NCBI GenBank assembly: GCA_035559535.1
Contig: DATMBG010000012.1
Location: forward strand, 62,001-126,000
Length of the DNA: 64,000 bases
From: Candidatus Limnocylindrales bacterium
GTDB taxonomy: Bacteria; Moduliflexota; Moduliflexia; Moduliflexales; JAUQPW01
Reading direction: 5' to 3'
Position numbers and translations under genes: made by a program. Shown here in pieces: positions 51,229 through 62,115 of this stretch (positions are counted from its first letter, which is position 1; each line of letters begins with the position of its first letter). Below the pieces are notes generated by a model. That model searched no databases and was not told the origin of the DNA. It was given only the letters and a program-made list of their open reading frames with translations.

Positions 51229-51675
51229 TTATTTTTTTAAGGAATCTCTTATTGTCATCAGCCGGGAACAGAATTCCCTTGGGGTTAAGACGGTTTTATG
51301 GGGGTCATTCTTCCCGATACTGTGGGTCAAAACTGCATTACCGGTTGCTAAAAGGGCTTTCCGGAATCCCTCGTTTTGGGCCAAAGCCTGGTAAGCTCTA
51401 TCCAGTAAGTCCTGATATTCCTGGCTATGCCGACCGATTTCTTTTCCTTGCCACCAAAGCTTCTGAGTTTGATGCCAGTTTTTGTTCTTACCTTTAAGTT
51501 TTGCAGCCTTTCCTACCAGCTTGCAAACTTCCTTCTGCATTTCCGGATTTTTAAACTTCAGGGATTGTAAAAATCCTTCCATACTGTGGCACTGGATTCC
51601 ATCTATCACAAATTTATGGGGCGCAAAATTAGAAAGCGCCGAAGCCGGCCAATCGACTCCTGAGCGGATATCCAT
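51229..51675 (-). CDS. T4 gp30.3-like (phage-type NADAR) protein
   Basis: ALSNFAPH.FVIDG..C.SMEGFLQSLK...LWWQG...FRKALLATG...LTHSIG..DP..TVLT..EF. Confidence 0.8.
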   Translation of the reverse strand: MDIRSGVDWPASALSNFAPHKFVIDGIQCHSMEGFLQSLKFKNPEMQKEVCKLVGKAAKLKGKNKNWHQTQKLWWQGKEIGRHSQEYQDLLDRAYQALAQNEGFRKALLATGNAVLTHSIGKNDPHKTVLTPREFCSRLMTIRDSLKK

Positions 51676-51693
51676 ATCATTTCCTCCTGGAAA

Positions 51694-52446
51694 TTACATT
51701 TTCTTATCGGACTCCAGTTTCCGTCTTAAAGACTCCAGCCTTTCAACACTTCCCATATCCATCCAAAAACTGTCATCCGTTCGATAACCTATAATAAGCG
51801 CTCCTTCCCGTATGGCTTTCATATAAGTATCTATAATGGAAAAACGACCCGATTGACCTCGCATATAATCGAAGATCTTGGGGGATAAAACGTGGATGCC
51901 TGTAAAGGAAAGTCTCTCAAACTCTATGCCAGGTGCCAGAAGTACTTCCTGACCGGTTTTTTGATTTTCCCTCCCCACCAGCCGTTGATTTGTATCAAAA
52001 CGAAGATAGCGAGAAGTTTTATGCTTGTTTACGGCCAATGTAGCAACCGCCCCGTGGCTCCTATGAAAGTCAAGCATGGCCTTTAAATCGATATCCGAGT
52101 AAACGTCGCTATTATGGACAAAGAAAGGTTCTTCACCTTGTACCATAGAGTCCGATTTAAAAAACCAACTCGCTTTTTTAAGACCTCCTCCGGTCTCCAA
52201 CAACTCTTCCTCATAAGAAAACTCAACCTGTAAACCAAAACTATTCTTCTGTTTTACAAAGGAGTGAATTTGCCGGGCAAAGTGATGAACGTTGATCATC
52301 ACAGCATCCACATCGACCATCTTGAGTCGATCTATGACATGCTCCAGCATGGTTTTTCCATTTACTTCTACGAGGCATTTAGGTAGGATATCGGTGAGTG
52401 GTTTCAAGCGCAAACCCAAACCCGCTGCAAAGATCATGGCTTTCAT
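51694..52446 (-). CDS. Nucleotidyltransferase (MurU-like)
   Basis: KAMIFAAGLGLRLKPLT..LPKCL, LLETGGG, VHNSD, WMDMG. Confidence 0.85.
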   Translation of the reverse strand: MKAMIFAAGLGLRLKPLTDILPKCLVEVNGKTMLEHVIDRLKMVDVDAVMINVHHFARQIHSFVKQKNSFGLQVEFSYEEELLETGGGLKKASWFFKSDSMVQGEEPFFVHNSDVYSDIDLKAMLDFHRSHGAVATLAVNKHKTSRYLRFDTNQRLVGRENQKTGQEVLLAPGIEFERLSFTGIHVLSPKIFDYMRGQSGRFSIIDTYMKAIREGALIIGYRTDDSFWMDMGSVERLESLRRKLESDKKM

Positions 52447-52832
52447 GGAAAGTTCCTTTTCTCTCTTTTCTTAATTCCGTTCCTTGAATCTTTCTTCTCT
52501 TGCAGAATCAAAATAATTTACCAATATTTAAATCTAATAACCGGGGAAGTCAAGTAGGTTAAACGTCTCGTTTGATGATTGGTTTTAAACCATTTAAAGA
52601 TTTCTCCAGGTAAAACCAAAAGTTATACCTTTTCGATGGAGTGTTACGGTAAGAACCAGAATAGGAACGTAACCATCTATTAAGGCAAGGAGATTCTCTT
52701 GTCGCAAAGTTTATCCTGAGTGAGGGCAGCCGGCTCCCTACCCATGGCAACTTCAACCTCCCTATCCATGGAAAAGGTATTGGAAAGAAGGGAAATTTTT
52801 TAGAGTAACTCTGAAATGGAGAATCAGGAAAC

Positions 52833-54323
52833 ATGCCACGGTTAATTATTAAAGGACCCAATGATACGAAGACCGTCTTCATCCTGGATGAAGACATAAT
52901 AACTATCGGTAAGGATGATCCTGAGGAAGGGATTCAAAATTCTATTCATCTCAGTGATGAAACGGTTTCTCGTCGACATGCCCGGATAATCCGGGAAGGG
53001 GAAGATTATTTTATCGAAGACTTGGAGAGTACAAATCACACCTTTGTTAACGGTAGAGAGATCAAGAAAGAAAGGTTAAAGCACGGGGATAGGATTATCA
53101 TTGGCCTTACGGCTCTGGTATTTGAATCAGAAGAAACAGAATCCATTAAACCCTCCGACCTGATGGTTAAATTTCAAGACTTAGATAGAAGTAAGGTGTT
53201 AGACTTAAATTATTTGATTCTGCATCAGATCAGTGAAAAACTCGCAACCGTCAGAAATTTTCAAGAATTTTTAGAGTCTATTGTTGATACCATCTGGACA
53301 ACGATCAAAGCCGATAAATGCTTGTTGCTCCTTGTAGACGATCAGGGAGAGTTTCGATGTTATGTAGTCAGGGGAGAAAATAATTTTTATAACAAAGCCA
53401 TGGTGGAGAAAGTCAGGTACGAAAAGAGGGCTGTCTTGTGGTTCTCAGATCTTAGTTCTATCAAAATGGGTATAAAAACCCAGAAGTATCACTCAGCACC
53501 TTCCATGATGTGTGCACCGATCCTTAAGTATGATGAGATCATTGGAGTGATTTACTTAGAAGATTCTCAACCTGGAAAGTTTAATCGAAGTGAGGTCATC
53601 TTGTTAACTGCCATCAGCAATCATATTGCTTCCAGCATAGAGAAGATTATCTTGAGTGAGAGGATCAAGAAAGAAGTTACCCTTCGCAGTAGCCTGGAGC
53701 GTTTTTTACCTCCAATGCTAGCAACTGAGATAGCCAAAGTTAGTCTGGATACCGGAAAGCTGGCGATAAAAGCAGAAAAGGTCCTGGCAACGGTTTTATT
53801 TTCAGCTATTAAAGAATTCACTTCTCTCTGTAAAATACCGGAGCCTGCCGAATTGATGGAGCTTTTAAATGAATATTTTAAGATGATCAGGGAGATTATT
53901 TTTAAATATGAGGGGACCTTGGGTACCTGCACTGGAAATACGGTTACAGCCATGTTTGGAGTGCCTGAGGTTTATCCTGACAATGCAGAGAAAGCAGTAT
54001 TAGCCGCCGTAGAGATACACGAAGAACAGAAAAAACTTAACGAGCGGCGAGATCCTAAAAAGAGGTTTGACCTTGGAATTGGAATTAACACCGGAGAGGT
54101 TATAACCGGTTATGTAGGATCAACGGAACGGATGGAATATGTTGTTTTTGGAGAGGCTGCGACCCTTGCAACTCACCTTGGATTGTTAGCAGGACCCCGA
54201 AGTATCTGGATAGGACAACAAGCCCATGAGATTGTCAAATCCCATTATGTTACGCAGTTTGTTGGAAAGATCCGGGTTTCCAAAGAGGAAACCGAACAGG
54301 AAGTCTATTGTATTTCGCTGTAA
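52833..54323 (+). CDS. FHA-GAF-class III nucleotide cyclase-like protein with degenerate active site
   Basis: FHA (VSRRHA, DLESTNHTFVNG), GAF, cyclase-like GIGINTGEV..G.VGS..RMEY. Confidence 0.85.
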   Translation: MPRLIIKGPNDTKTVFILDEDIITIGKDDPEEGIQNSIHLSDETVSRRHARIIREGEDYFIEDLESTNHTFVNGREIKKERLKHGDRIIIGLTALVFESEETESIKPSDLMVKFQDLDRSKVLDLNYLILHQISEKLATVRNFQEFLESIVDTIWTTIKADKCLLLLVDDQGEFRCYVVRGENNFYNKAMVEKVRYEKRAVLWFSDLSSIKMGIKTQKYHSAPSMMCAPILKYDEIIGVIYLEDSQPGKFNRSEVILLTAISNHIASSIEKIILSERIKKEVTLRSSLERFLPPMLATEIAKVSLDTGKLAIKAEKVLATVLFSAIKEFTSLCKIPEPAELMELLNEYFKMIREIIFKYEGTLGTCTGNTVTAMFGVPEVYPDNAEKAVLAAVEIHEEQKKLNERRDPKKRFDLGIGINTGEVITGYVGSTERMEYVVFGEAATLATHLGLLAGPRSIWIGQQAHEIVKSHYVTQFVGKIRVSKEETEQEVYCISL

Positions 54324-54348
54324 GCTGTAAACGGAACAGGTTCTTCAT

Positions 54349-57300
54349 TTAAGCTTCTGCAGGATATCCCAGATTGGAAGACAACCACTTCTCCACTTCT
54401 TCTATACGCATTCCTTTTCGCCTCGCATAGGACGTAACCTGATCTCGATCGATTTTCCCAACTGTGAAATAACGGGCTTGAGGATGGGCAAAATACAACC
54501 CACTAACGCTGGCAGCCGGGAGCATAGCCCCATGTTCTGTCAGACGAATTCCTATCGAAGGAGCATCCAGCAATTCAAAGAGTTTAAATTTCTCCGAGTG
54601 ATCCGGGCAAGCCGGATAGCCAAAGGCGGGACGGATACCCCGGTACTTTTCCTCGATGAGATCTTCGTAAGTAAGGTTTTCGGTCAATCCATAGCCCCAA
54701 TCACAGCGTGCACGTTGGTGTAGATACTCCGCATAAGCTTCTGCGAGGCGATCTGCCAGGGCTTTGACCATGATGGCATGGTAATCATCCTGGTTCTTTT
54801 CATACTGTTTTACCAACTCGTCAACCCCTAAACCAGCTGTAACAGCGAAAGCTCCCAGATAGTCGGGAAGTCCACTTTCCAGTGGTGCGATATAATCTGC
54901 AAGGGAGAGATTGGGTTTACCTGGAGGTTGAGCCTGTTGTTGACGGAGCATGTTGAAGCGTATCAATTCCTTTGTTCGTGTTTCATCGGTATACAGGATA
55001 ATATCGTTCTCTATGCTGTTGGCCGGCCAGAAGCCGTAAACTGCCCGAGCGGTTAATAGGTGCTCGTCGCTTAGTTTACGGAGAAGTTGTAGGGCGTTAT
55101 GGTAGAGTTCTCGGGCTACCGGGCCGTATTCCGGATGATCCAGGATTTTTGGAAATTTTCCTTTTAGTTCCCAGGCTGTAAAAAAGAAAGTCCAGTCAAT
55201 GTATCTGGCTATTTCGTCCAGGGGGACATCTTCCAGAACACGGCGACCCAGAAAGGAGGGAATCGCGATATCTTCCTTACGCCACTGGATTTTCAGTCGG
55301 TTGGCATAGGCTGTTTCGAAGGGTACCAGGGTTGTTTCTTTCTTTTTTCCATGGACCCTACGCAGGCGCTCTTGACTTTCCCGATTATCTTGCTCAAAGG
55401 CTTCTTTCTGTTTGGGATCCAGCAGGCTGGCCACGATACCTACCGCCCGTGAAGCGTCTATAACGTGGACAGTAGTTCCACTATATTCCGGTGCAATCTT
55501 TACTGCCGTATGTTGATTGCTGGTGGTTGCTCCACCGATTAACAGAGGGATTTTGAACCCCCGACGCTCCATTTCCTTGGCCACAAAGACCATTTCGTCC
55601 AGGGAAGGGGTAATCAATCCACTCAAGCCAATGATATCCGCTTTTTCATCGATAGCCGTCTGGAGGATTTTGTCACAGGGGACCATGACCCCCAGGTCAA
55701 TAACTTTATAGTTATTACAACCCAACACAACCCCCACGATATTCTTACCGATATCATGGACATCCCCTTTGACCGTTGCCAGGACGATCTTACCTTGAGA
55801 AGAGGGACGCGGGGACGCGGGGATACGGGGACACGGGGATACTACAATTACCTCTTCGTCTCCGTGTCCTTCTTTCTCCCCTTCCATTTTGTTTCCGCGT
55901 CTCTTCGTCTCCGCGTCTCCGTGTCCTTCTTTCTCCGCTTCCATAAAAGGCTGTAGATAGGCCACCGCTTTTTTCATGACCCTGGCACTCTTAACCACCT
56001 GGGGTAAAAACATCTTTCCGGCACCGAAGAGGTCTCCGACGATCTTCATGCCGTTCATCAGGGGACCTTCAATGATATCCAGGGGTTTGGGGTACTTCTG
56101 TCGGGCTTCTTCCACGTCTGCTTCGATGAAGTCGATAATTCCGTTTACCAGGGCATGGGAGAGACGCTCCTCGACGCTTCCCTGTCGCCAGGAGAGGTCA
56201 ATTTCTTTCTTTTGACCTTGCCCCTTAACCGTCTCGGCAAAGGCAATCATGCGCTCGGTGGCATCAGGTCGTCGGTTGAAGATAATGTCTTCCACATGCT
56301 CAAGGAGATCCTTGGGGATTTCTTCGTAGATTCCAATCTGACCGGCGTTGACAATCCCCATGTCCATGCCTGCGCGAATAGCATGATAAAGAAAGACCGT
56401 ATGAATTGCTTCACGGACCAGGTTGTTACCACGAAAGGAGAAAGAGAGATTGCTTACTCCCCCACTTACCTTGGCGCCAGGACATGTTTGTTTGATGATT
56501 TTGGTAGCTTCGATGAAGTTGACGGCAAAGTTATTATGTTCCTCCATACCGGTGGCAATAGCCAGGATGTTGGGATCGAAAATAATATCCTCCGGATGGA
56601 AACCGACGTCTTGGGTGAGAAGTTTATAGGCCCGCTGGCAGATCTCCACCTTACGTTCAACCGTCTCGGCCTGTCCTGTTTCATCAAAGGCCATCACTAC
56701 AACGCCAGCTCCATAACGCTTGATAAGACGGGCTTTTTTGATGAACTCCTCTTCTCCTTCCTTAAGACTGATGGAATTGACAATGGCTTTCCCCTGGACG
56801 CACTTCAATCCGGCCTCGATAACCGACCATTTAGAGCTATCGATCATGATAGGGAGACGTGCAATTTCAGGCTCGGTTGCAATGAGGTTAAGGAAAGTCG
56901 TCATGGCCTGCTCGGAATCCAGCATCCCTTCGTCCATATTGACATCGAGGATGTTTGCTCCACCCCGTACCTGATCCAGGGCTACTTCCAGAGCCGTGGT
57001 AAAATCACCGGCCTTGATCAGGCTGGCGAATCGACGTGAGCCTGTTACATTGGTTCGCTCCCCAATCATGATAAAATTACTATCCGGACGGATGGTCAGT
57101 GCCTCTAATCCACTGAATTGGGTATAACGTTCTTTAAACACCGGAACTTTCCGGGGTTTGATACCTTCCACGGCTCGGGCGATGGCCCGGATATGATCCG
57201 GCGTAGTGCCACAACAACCACCCAGGATATTGACAAAACCACTGGAAGCAAATTCTTGAAGAAATTGAGCGGTGGTCTCGGGTTGTTCCTCATATTCGCC

Positions 57301-58149
57301 AAAGGCATTGGGCAGACCCGCATTGGGATAGCAACTAATGTAAACCGGACTGATAGCCGAAAGTTCGGCCACATAAGGCCGCATATCCCGAGCTCCCAAA
57401 GCACAGTTGATTCCAACGCTAAAAGGTTCTGCATGGGCTATGGAGATCCAAAAAGCATCTATCGTCTGTCCCGACAGGGTTCTTCCACTTCGATCGGTAA
57501 TGGTTACAGAGATCATGATGGGAAGCTTCACACCTTTTTCCTCGAATACTTCCTGGATGGCGACAATGGCTGCTTTGGCATTGAGGGTATCGAAAATGGT
57601 TTCGATAAGCAGAAGATCTACTCCCCCATCCATGAGCCCTCGAACCTGTTCGGCGTAAGCTTCTCGAAGTTTATCAAAGGTCAAAGCACGAAAAGCTGGA
57701 TTATTCACATCCGGGGAGATAGACAGGGTACGGTTGGTGGGGCCTATAGAACCTGCGACAAAACGGGGTTTATTCGGAGTTCGCGTACTCCATTCTGCAG
57801 CGGCTTTTTTGGCCAGCCTGGCAGCTTGAACGTTTATTTCATAAACCAGCGACTCCAGACCATAGTCCGCCTGAGAAACAGCATTTGCATTGAAAGTATT
57901 TGTCTCGATGAGATCACTTCCGGCTTCCAGATAGGCCTGATGAATACCTTCGATAATATCAGGCCGGGTTAATACCAGCAAATCATTATCTCCCTTCAGA
58001 TCCCGGGGATGGTCCTTAAAGCGTTCTCCACGATAATCGGCTTCTCCAAGTCGATAACGCTGGATCATGGTGCCCATAGCACCGTCCAAAATCAGGATAC
58101 GCTCAGAAAGGAGTTGATGGAGTAGCTCCTGCAGATTTAAAACTGTCAT
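54349..58149 (-). CDS. metH: Cobalamin-dependent methionine synthase
   Basis: [45 protein letters not shown]. Confidence 0.99.
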   Translation of the reverse strand: MTVLNLQELLHQLLSERILILDGAMGTMIQRYRLGEADYRGERFKDHPRDLKGDNDLLVLTRPDIIEGIHQAYLEAGSDLIETNTFNANAVSQADYGLESLVYEINVQAARLAKKAAAEWSTRTPNKPRFVAGSIGPTNRTLSISPDVNNPAFRALTFDKLREAYAEQVRGLMDGGVDLLLIETIFDTLNAKAAIVAIQEVFEEKGVKLPIMISVTITDRSGRTLSGQTIDAFWISIAHAEPFSVGINCALGARDMRPYVAELSAISPVYISCYPNAGLPNAFGEYEEQPETTAQFLQEFASSGFVNILGGCCGTTPDHIRAIARAVEGIKPRKVPVFKERYTQFSGLEALTIRPDSNFIMIGERTNVTGSRRFASLIKAGDFTTALEVALDQVRGGANILDVNMDEGMLDSEQAMTTFLNLIATEPEIARLPIMIDSSKWSVIEAGLKCVQGKAIVNSISLKEGEEEFIKKARLIKRYGAGVVVMAFDETGQAETVERKVEICQRAYKLLTQDVGFHPEDIIFDPNILAIATGMEEHNNFAVNFIEATKIIKQTCPGAKVSGGVSNLSFSFRGNNLVREAIHTVFLYHAIRAGMDMGIVNAGQIGIYEEIPKDLLEHVEDIIFNRRPDATERMIAFAETVKGQGQKKEIDLSWRQGSVEERLSHALVNGIIDFIEADVEEARQKYPKPLDIIEGPLMNGMKIVGDLFGAGKMFLPQVVKSARVMKKAVAYLQPFMEAEKEGHGDAETKRRGNKMEGEKEGHGDEEVIVVSPCPRIPASPRPSSQGKIVLATVKGDVHDIGKNIVGVVLGCNNYKVIDLGVMVPCDKILQTAIDEKADIIGLSGLITPSLDEMVFVAKEMERRGFKIPLLIGGATTSNQHTAVKIAPEYSGTTVHVIDASRAVGIVASLLDPKQKEAFEQDNRESQERLRRVHGKKKETTLVPFETAYANRLKIQWRKEDIAIPSFLGRRVLEDVPLDEIARYIDWTFFFTAWELKGKFPKILDHPEYGPVARELYHNALQLLRKLSDEHLLTARAVYGFWPANSIENDIILYTDETRTKELIRFNMLRQQQAQPPGKPNLSLADYIAPLESGLPDYLGAFAVTAGLGVDELVKQYEKNQDDYHAIMVKALADRLAEAYAEYLHQRARCDWGYGLTENLTYEDLIEEKYRGIRPAFGYPACPDHSEKFKLFELLDAPSIGIRLTEHGAMLPAASVSGLYFAHPQARYFTVGKIDRDQVTSYARRKGMRIEEVEKWLSSNLGYPAEA

Positions 58150-58314
58150 ACAAATTGAACTCCCTGGTACGACCTCTTCCGAATAGACCGATACTCGACC
58201 ATACTGTCCGAGAATGACTTTTCGGATAATTTTATTCGTATTTTTTAAACCATGTTCTTTGGACAGGTAGTAAATAATGTAGGGTCCCAGACCTGATTCG
58301 TCAACCCGACTGTT

Positions 58315-59427
58315 TTACCGATAACGTTGGGCCAATGCCAACCGTTTCTCATAGGCTTCCCGGGCAATTTGTACATCTTCAAGGAAATGCGGAAGTTCTT
58401 TAAGCAGGAGGGCCTGAGGGCCGTCTACCAACGCTTTACTGGGTTCTGGATGGAAATCTACCAGGATCATGTTGGCACCGGCAATTACACCTTGGGCCGT
58501 TACATGCATGATATCCAGAATCCCGTTGGGGTCACTGCTTCGTAAACCCACAGAATGGGAAGGGTCAATACAGACAGGCATGCGGGTCAGGTGTTTCACA
58601 ACAGGAACATGGGCGAAATCAACAAAGTTGCGATGGGGATCCCCCAGATTGGTTTTCATACCCCGCAGGCAGAAAACAACCTTGCGATTCCCTTCACTGG
58701 CCAAATATTCTGCTGCATTCAGGGATTCATCCAGGGTAATTCCGAATCCACGCTTGATCAATACCGGAAACTCCTGCTGGCGGCCAACTATTTTTAATAG
58801 CTCGAAGTTCTGAATATTGCGCGTTCCGATCTGTAGCATCACACCGGTCGGATTACCTGTCCGATAAAGAGCTTCACGAATCTCCATGACATGGGACTCA
58901 TGGGTAACCTCCATGGCGATAACCTTAATTCCATATTTACCGGCCAACTCAAACACGTAAGGAAGGCACTTTCGACCATGTCCCTGGAACGAATAAGGGC
59001 TTGTACGCGGCTTGTAAGCCCCCATACGCGTACAAACCAGCCCGTTCTCATGGAGCGCTTTCATCATCATCTCAACATGCTCAGGGGTATCCACCGCACA
59101 TAAGCCTGCAAAAATATTCAAATTATCCTGTCCGAAGCGTACCCCATTATAATAAAAATGGGTTGGACGGTCGTCATCCTTGTGTCGACCCAAAATCCGG
59201 TATTCTTCAGAAACCCGCACTACTTTCTCTACACCGGGAAGACTTTTCATGTAATCCGTGGAAAGCGATTTGGTGTTACCGATCAGATAAACCTCGGTCA
59301 ATAACTGTTCGGTTCCCTGTACGGTATGAACCCGGATCTGTATATTTTGAAGATTCGCCAGAGCACTCATTAATTGTTTATATTCTTCCCTTTCAGGAGT
59401 TATGTTAGGTGTCAGGATAAGGATCAT
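58315..59427 (-). CDS. DAHP synthase type I-beta-like with N-terminal regulatory domain
   Basis: GAYKPRTSPYSFQG, QIGTRN.QNF.LL, KRG, DPSH. Confidence 0.85.
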   Translation of the reverse strand: MILILTPNITPEREEYKQLMSALANLQNIQIRVHTVQGTEQLLTEVYLIGNTKSLSTDYMKSLPGVEKVVRVSEEYRILGRHKDDDRPTHFYYNGVRFGQDNLNIFAGLCAVDTPEHVEMMMKALHENGLVCTRMGAYKPRTSPYSFQGHGRKCLPYVFELAGKYGIKVIAMEVTHESHVMEIREALYRTGNPTGVMLQIGTRNIQNFELLKIVGRQQEFPVLIKRGFGITLDESLNAAEYLASEGNRKVVFCLRGMKTNLGDPHRNFVDFAHVPVVKHLTRMPVCIDPSHSVGLRSSDPNGILDIMHVTAQGVIAGANMILVDFHPEPSKALVDGPQALLLKELPHFLEDVQIAREAYEKRLALAQRYR

Positions 59428-59523
59428 AGTTCTCTAAAATGGTTAAATGAAGTCGTAGTCTTACCTTCATCCACCGGACAACGGTTTATATCTTCTTGAT
59501 TTAAGTTACTTTCCGTGTTTAAT

Positions 59524-60003
59524 CTAAAACGATACTCCGACAGGAGTCGTTACACGGAGAACGGATTCTTGTTGAAAGAGTTGTTTGTAGCTGGATCGAA
59601 TCGCTTCAATGGAAGCATCCATTTCTTTACTGTTTTCATAGAGCAAAATAACTACCTTTGATTTCTCTTTGGCAACTTCCCCGGATGAGGTCTGATATTG
59701 CCCATCTGCATTTAGGACGGTTAACCCTTCTTTGAATTTAGGAGTTATATACTCGTCCAAAAACTTCTGCCATTCGGTTTCGGAAATAACTCCCCCATCG
59801 GGCTTGGAAAGACCGAAGATAAGCTCCGTTTTGACAAGGAGCTTTCCGTAAAGCGGAATATTCGTTTCGGGGAATTGATCCGATTGTCGAGGAGCAGGAC
59901 GACCGGTTTTCGCAGTTGCACAGGCGGTAATATTAAACAGAATGAGTACGAAAAGAATAAAATGAAAACTTTTGTAAGTTAGGTTGATTGGATAGGTTTT
60001 CAT
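59524..60003 (-). CDS. DUF3574-family putative lipoprotein
   Basis: Lipobox-like ITAC; TELIFGL..PDG, EW..FLD..ITP.F..GLTV, FQQESV. Confidence 0.8.
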   Translation of the reverse strand: MKTYPINLTYKSFHFILFVLILFNITACATAKTGRPAPRQSDQFPETNIPLYGKLLVKTELIFGLSKPDGGVISETEWQKFLDEYITPKFKEGLTVLNADGQYQTSSGEVAKEKSKVVILLYENSKEMDASIEAIRSSYKQLFQQESVLRVTTPVGVSF

Positions 60004-60078
60004 AGAATTCCTTTATCAATCGAGGACGATTGACTTACTTGTTATTAGAGAAGCTGAGAGTTGGAGACTCAGCCGACT

Positions 60079-61233
60079 CTATTTTGGTACCCGATCTACA
60101 AAGTAATTGGTATAGGTTTTCGAAAGATCAATACGAGCCTGTGCAACCTGCTCATCAAACAGAGAGAGAACGGTAAGGACTGTTTGCGAGGCGGTTTTTG
60201 GAAAATGGCCATCTGGTGAAAACATGGACAGTGAGTTGGCCAGAGCTTTCAGGTAGAGATCCTTATCTCCGGCAAAGTAGGATTCTGGAAGTACTTGTGC
60301 GATCTCCTCTGGACTTTTGCCCTGCATCCAACGGAGACCTTGAACAAAGGCATTTACCAGCCGCTGGGTAGTTTCAGGGTAACGCTCTATGAAGTCCCGC
60401 CTGGTATAGAGCGTAGCAAAGGGATACTCGCCCCCGTAAATATCCCGGGTACCTTGTTCCGTTCGGGTATCGACCATGATTTTAATCAGACCGCGATTCT
60501 CCAGAACAGTTATCGTGGGATCCACATTGGCCAGAGCGTCGACCTGTTTATGTTCTACCGCTGCTATGACGGTGTTACCCTGGCCTATGCCGATAACCGA
60601 AATGTCTGTAGGTTTTAATCCTTGTTTACTCAAAAGATAGTTGATGAAAAAGTGCGTAGAAGACCCAGGGGCCGTAACCCCAACTTTCATTCCTTTGAGG
60701 TCACTCACTTGTTTTACACGGTCGGCCAAGTCGCTTCGTACGCCCAGTACAAGTCCAGGATATCGTCCAAGCAAAACAACTGCCGTTACTTCCTTCTCTC
60801 TGGCCTGCATTTGGATCGTGTGATCGTAACCTCCCACGACTACATCTGCCGAGCCGCCTATAAGGGCCTGGAGAGCTTTACCACCTCCCTGGACATCCTG
60901 GATTTCTACTTGAAGTCCTTCTTCTTTGAAAAAACCTTTTTGTTCTACCACGGTAAGGGGCAGGTAAAGAATCCCTATCTTGCCCCCCACCGCCAGCACA
61001 ACCCTGTCCTTTTCTAAGCCGAGGGAAACCGATGGAATCAACAGGCAAAGGGGGAAAGATAAAAGGCAAAGAACCAAAGGAAAAAGGAGAAAGGAGGAGG
61101 GCGGAAGAAAAAAGGCAAAAATTTTTGATATTTTTGTCCTTTGTTCCCGGATTGCCTGGGTCTTCGATTCTTTGAGCCTTTTTAGGTTTTGTTCTTTATC
61201 TCTTACCTTTCTGTTTATTTTTTGTCGTTTCAT
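60079..61233 (-). CDS. NitT/TauT-family ABC substrate-binding protein; start uncertain
   Basis: YLPLTV...GFFKEEGL, GGGKALQAL.GGSAD, GVTAPGSST. Confidence 0.88.
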   Translation of the reverse strand: MKRQKINRKVRDKEQNLKRLKESKTQAIREQRTKISKIFAFFLPPSSFLLFPLVLCLLSFPLCLLIPSVSLGLEKDRVVLAVGGKIGILYLPLTVVEQKGFFKEEGLQVEIQDVQGGGKALQALIGGSADVVVGGYDHTIQMQAREKEVTAVVLLGRYPGLVLGVRSDLADRVKQVSDLKGMKVGVTAPGSSTHFFINYLLSKQGLKPTDISVIGIGQGNTVIAAVEHKQVDALANVDPTITVLENRGLIKIMVDTRTEQGTRDIYGGEYPFATLYTRRDFIERYPETTQRLVNAFVQGLRWMQGKSPEEIAQVLPESYFAGDKDLYLKALANSLSMFSPDGHFPKTASQTVLTVLSLFDEQVAQARIDLSKTYTNYFVDRVPK

Positions 61234-61308
61234 GGTTTTGACTCCCGGGTTTTTTATTCATTTTATTTAACTTTGGCTTTTTGTTCTTTATTTCTTACCT
61301 TCCCTTTC

Positions 61309-62115
61309 TTAAGTTTCGGAGGGTCGCCAGGCTAATATACGTCGTTCCACTTGATTTACAACCGAGTCCAGGATTAAAACAAACCCAACCAGCAGGGTCA
61401 TTCCTGCAAAGACTCCCGTTGTGTCAAACACACCTTCAGCCTGGGCGATGAGGTAACCCAGGCCTGCCGAGGATCCCAGGTATTCGCCTACCACCGCTCC
61501 CACCACGGCAAAACCGATGGAAGATCGGAGGCTTGAAATAATCCAGCCTGCCGTTGAAGGGAGATAAACATGTCGGAGGAGTTGGGATCGTGAGGCTCCC
61601 AACATGCGTGCATTGGCCAGTATGACGGGGTTAACTTCACGGATACCTTGATAGGTATTAAAAAAGGCCAGGAAGAAAACCAGGGTCACCCCCAGGGCCA
61701 CTTTAGAAATCATTCCCAATCCAAACCACAAGGTAAAGATCGGAGCAAGGACTACACGCGGAATGGCATTGAAAGCTTTAATATAAGGTTCCAGTACTCT
61801 GAGAGCCTTGGGTGCCAGTGCTAACCAGAGTCCAATCCCTATCCCCAACCCGGTACCTATAACAAAGGCAAAAAGGGTTTCAATGAAGGTTATGGAGAGA
61901 TGGCGATAGATATCCCCTTTTAACAGCCATTCCGCCAGGCGCAGAAAGATAGATGAAGGGGTGGAGAAGAAAAATGCGTCTGCGATCTTAGCCTGCACCA
62001 GCCCTTCCCAGACAAAGAGGCTTCCAACAAAGAGGCCGATTTGATAAAGATGGAGTTTAGAGATTTTGGGCATAACTTTTAAGTACCTCGCCTCGCAAAA
62101 TATGCCATATTTCAC
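61309..62115 (-). CDS. NitT/TauT-family ABC permease; start probably MPKISK
   Basis: NAIPRVVLAP, NARMLGAS, AVVGEYLGS..GLG. Confidence 0.9.
   Translation of the reverse strand: MKYGIFCEARYLKVMPKISKLHLYQIGLFVGSLFVWEGLVQAKIADAFFFSTPSSIFLRLAEWLLKGDIYRHLSITFIETLFAFVIGTGLGIGIGLWLALAPKALRVLEPYIKAFNAIPRVVLAPIFTLWFGLGMISKVALGVTLVFFLAFFNTYQGIREVNPVILANARMLGASRSQLLRHVYLPSTAGWIISSLRSSIGFAVVGAVVGEYLGSSAGLGYLIAQAEGVFDTTGVFAGMTLLVGFVLILDSVVNQVERRILAWRPSET

Noticed and set aside
51229-52446. Prophage remnant around the gp30.3-like gene
   Set aside because: No integrase, structural genes or att-like repeats nearby
56155-57972. 294-aa and 284-aa + strand ORFs
   Set aside because: Antisense to metH; no motifs
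58150-58314. SAM or cobalamin riboswitch upstream of metH
   Set aside because: A hairpin is present but I could not find SAM-I or B12-box consensus motifs
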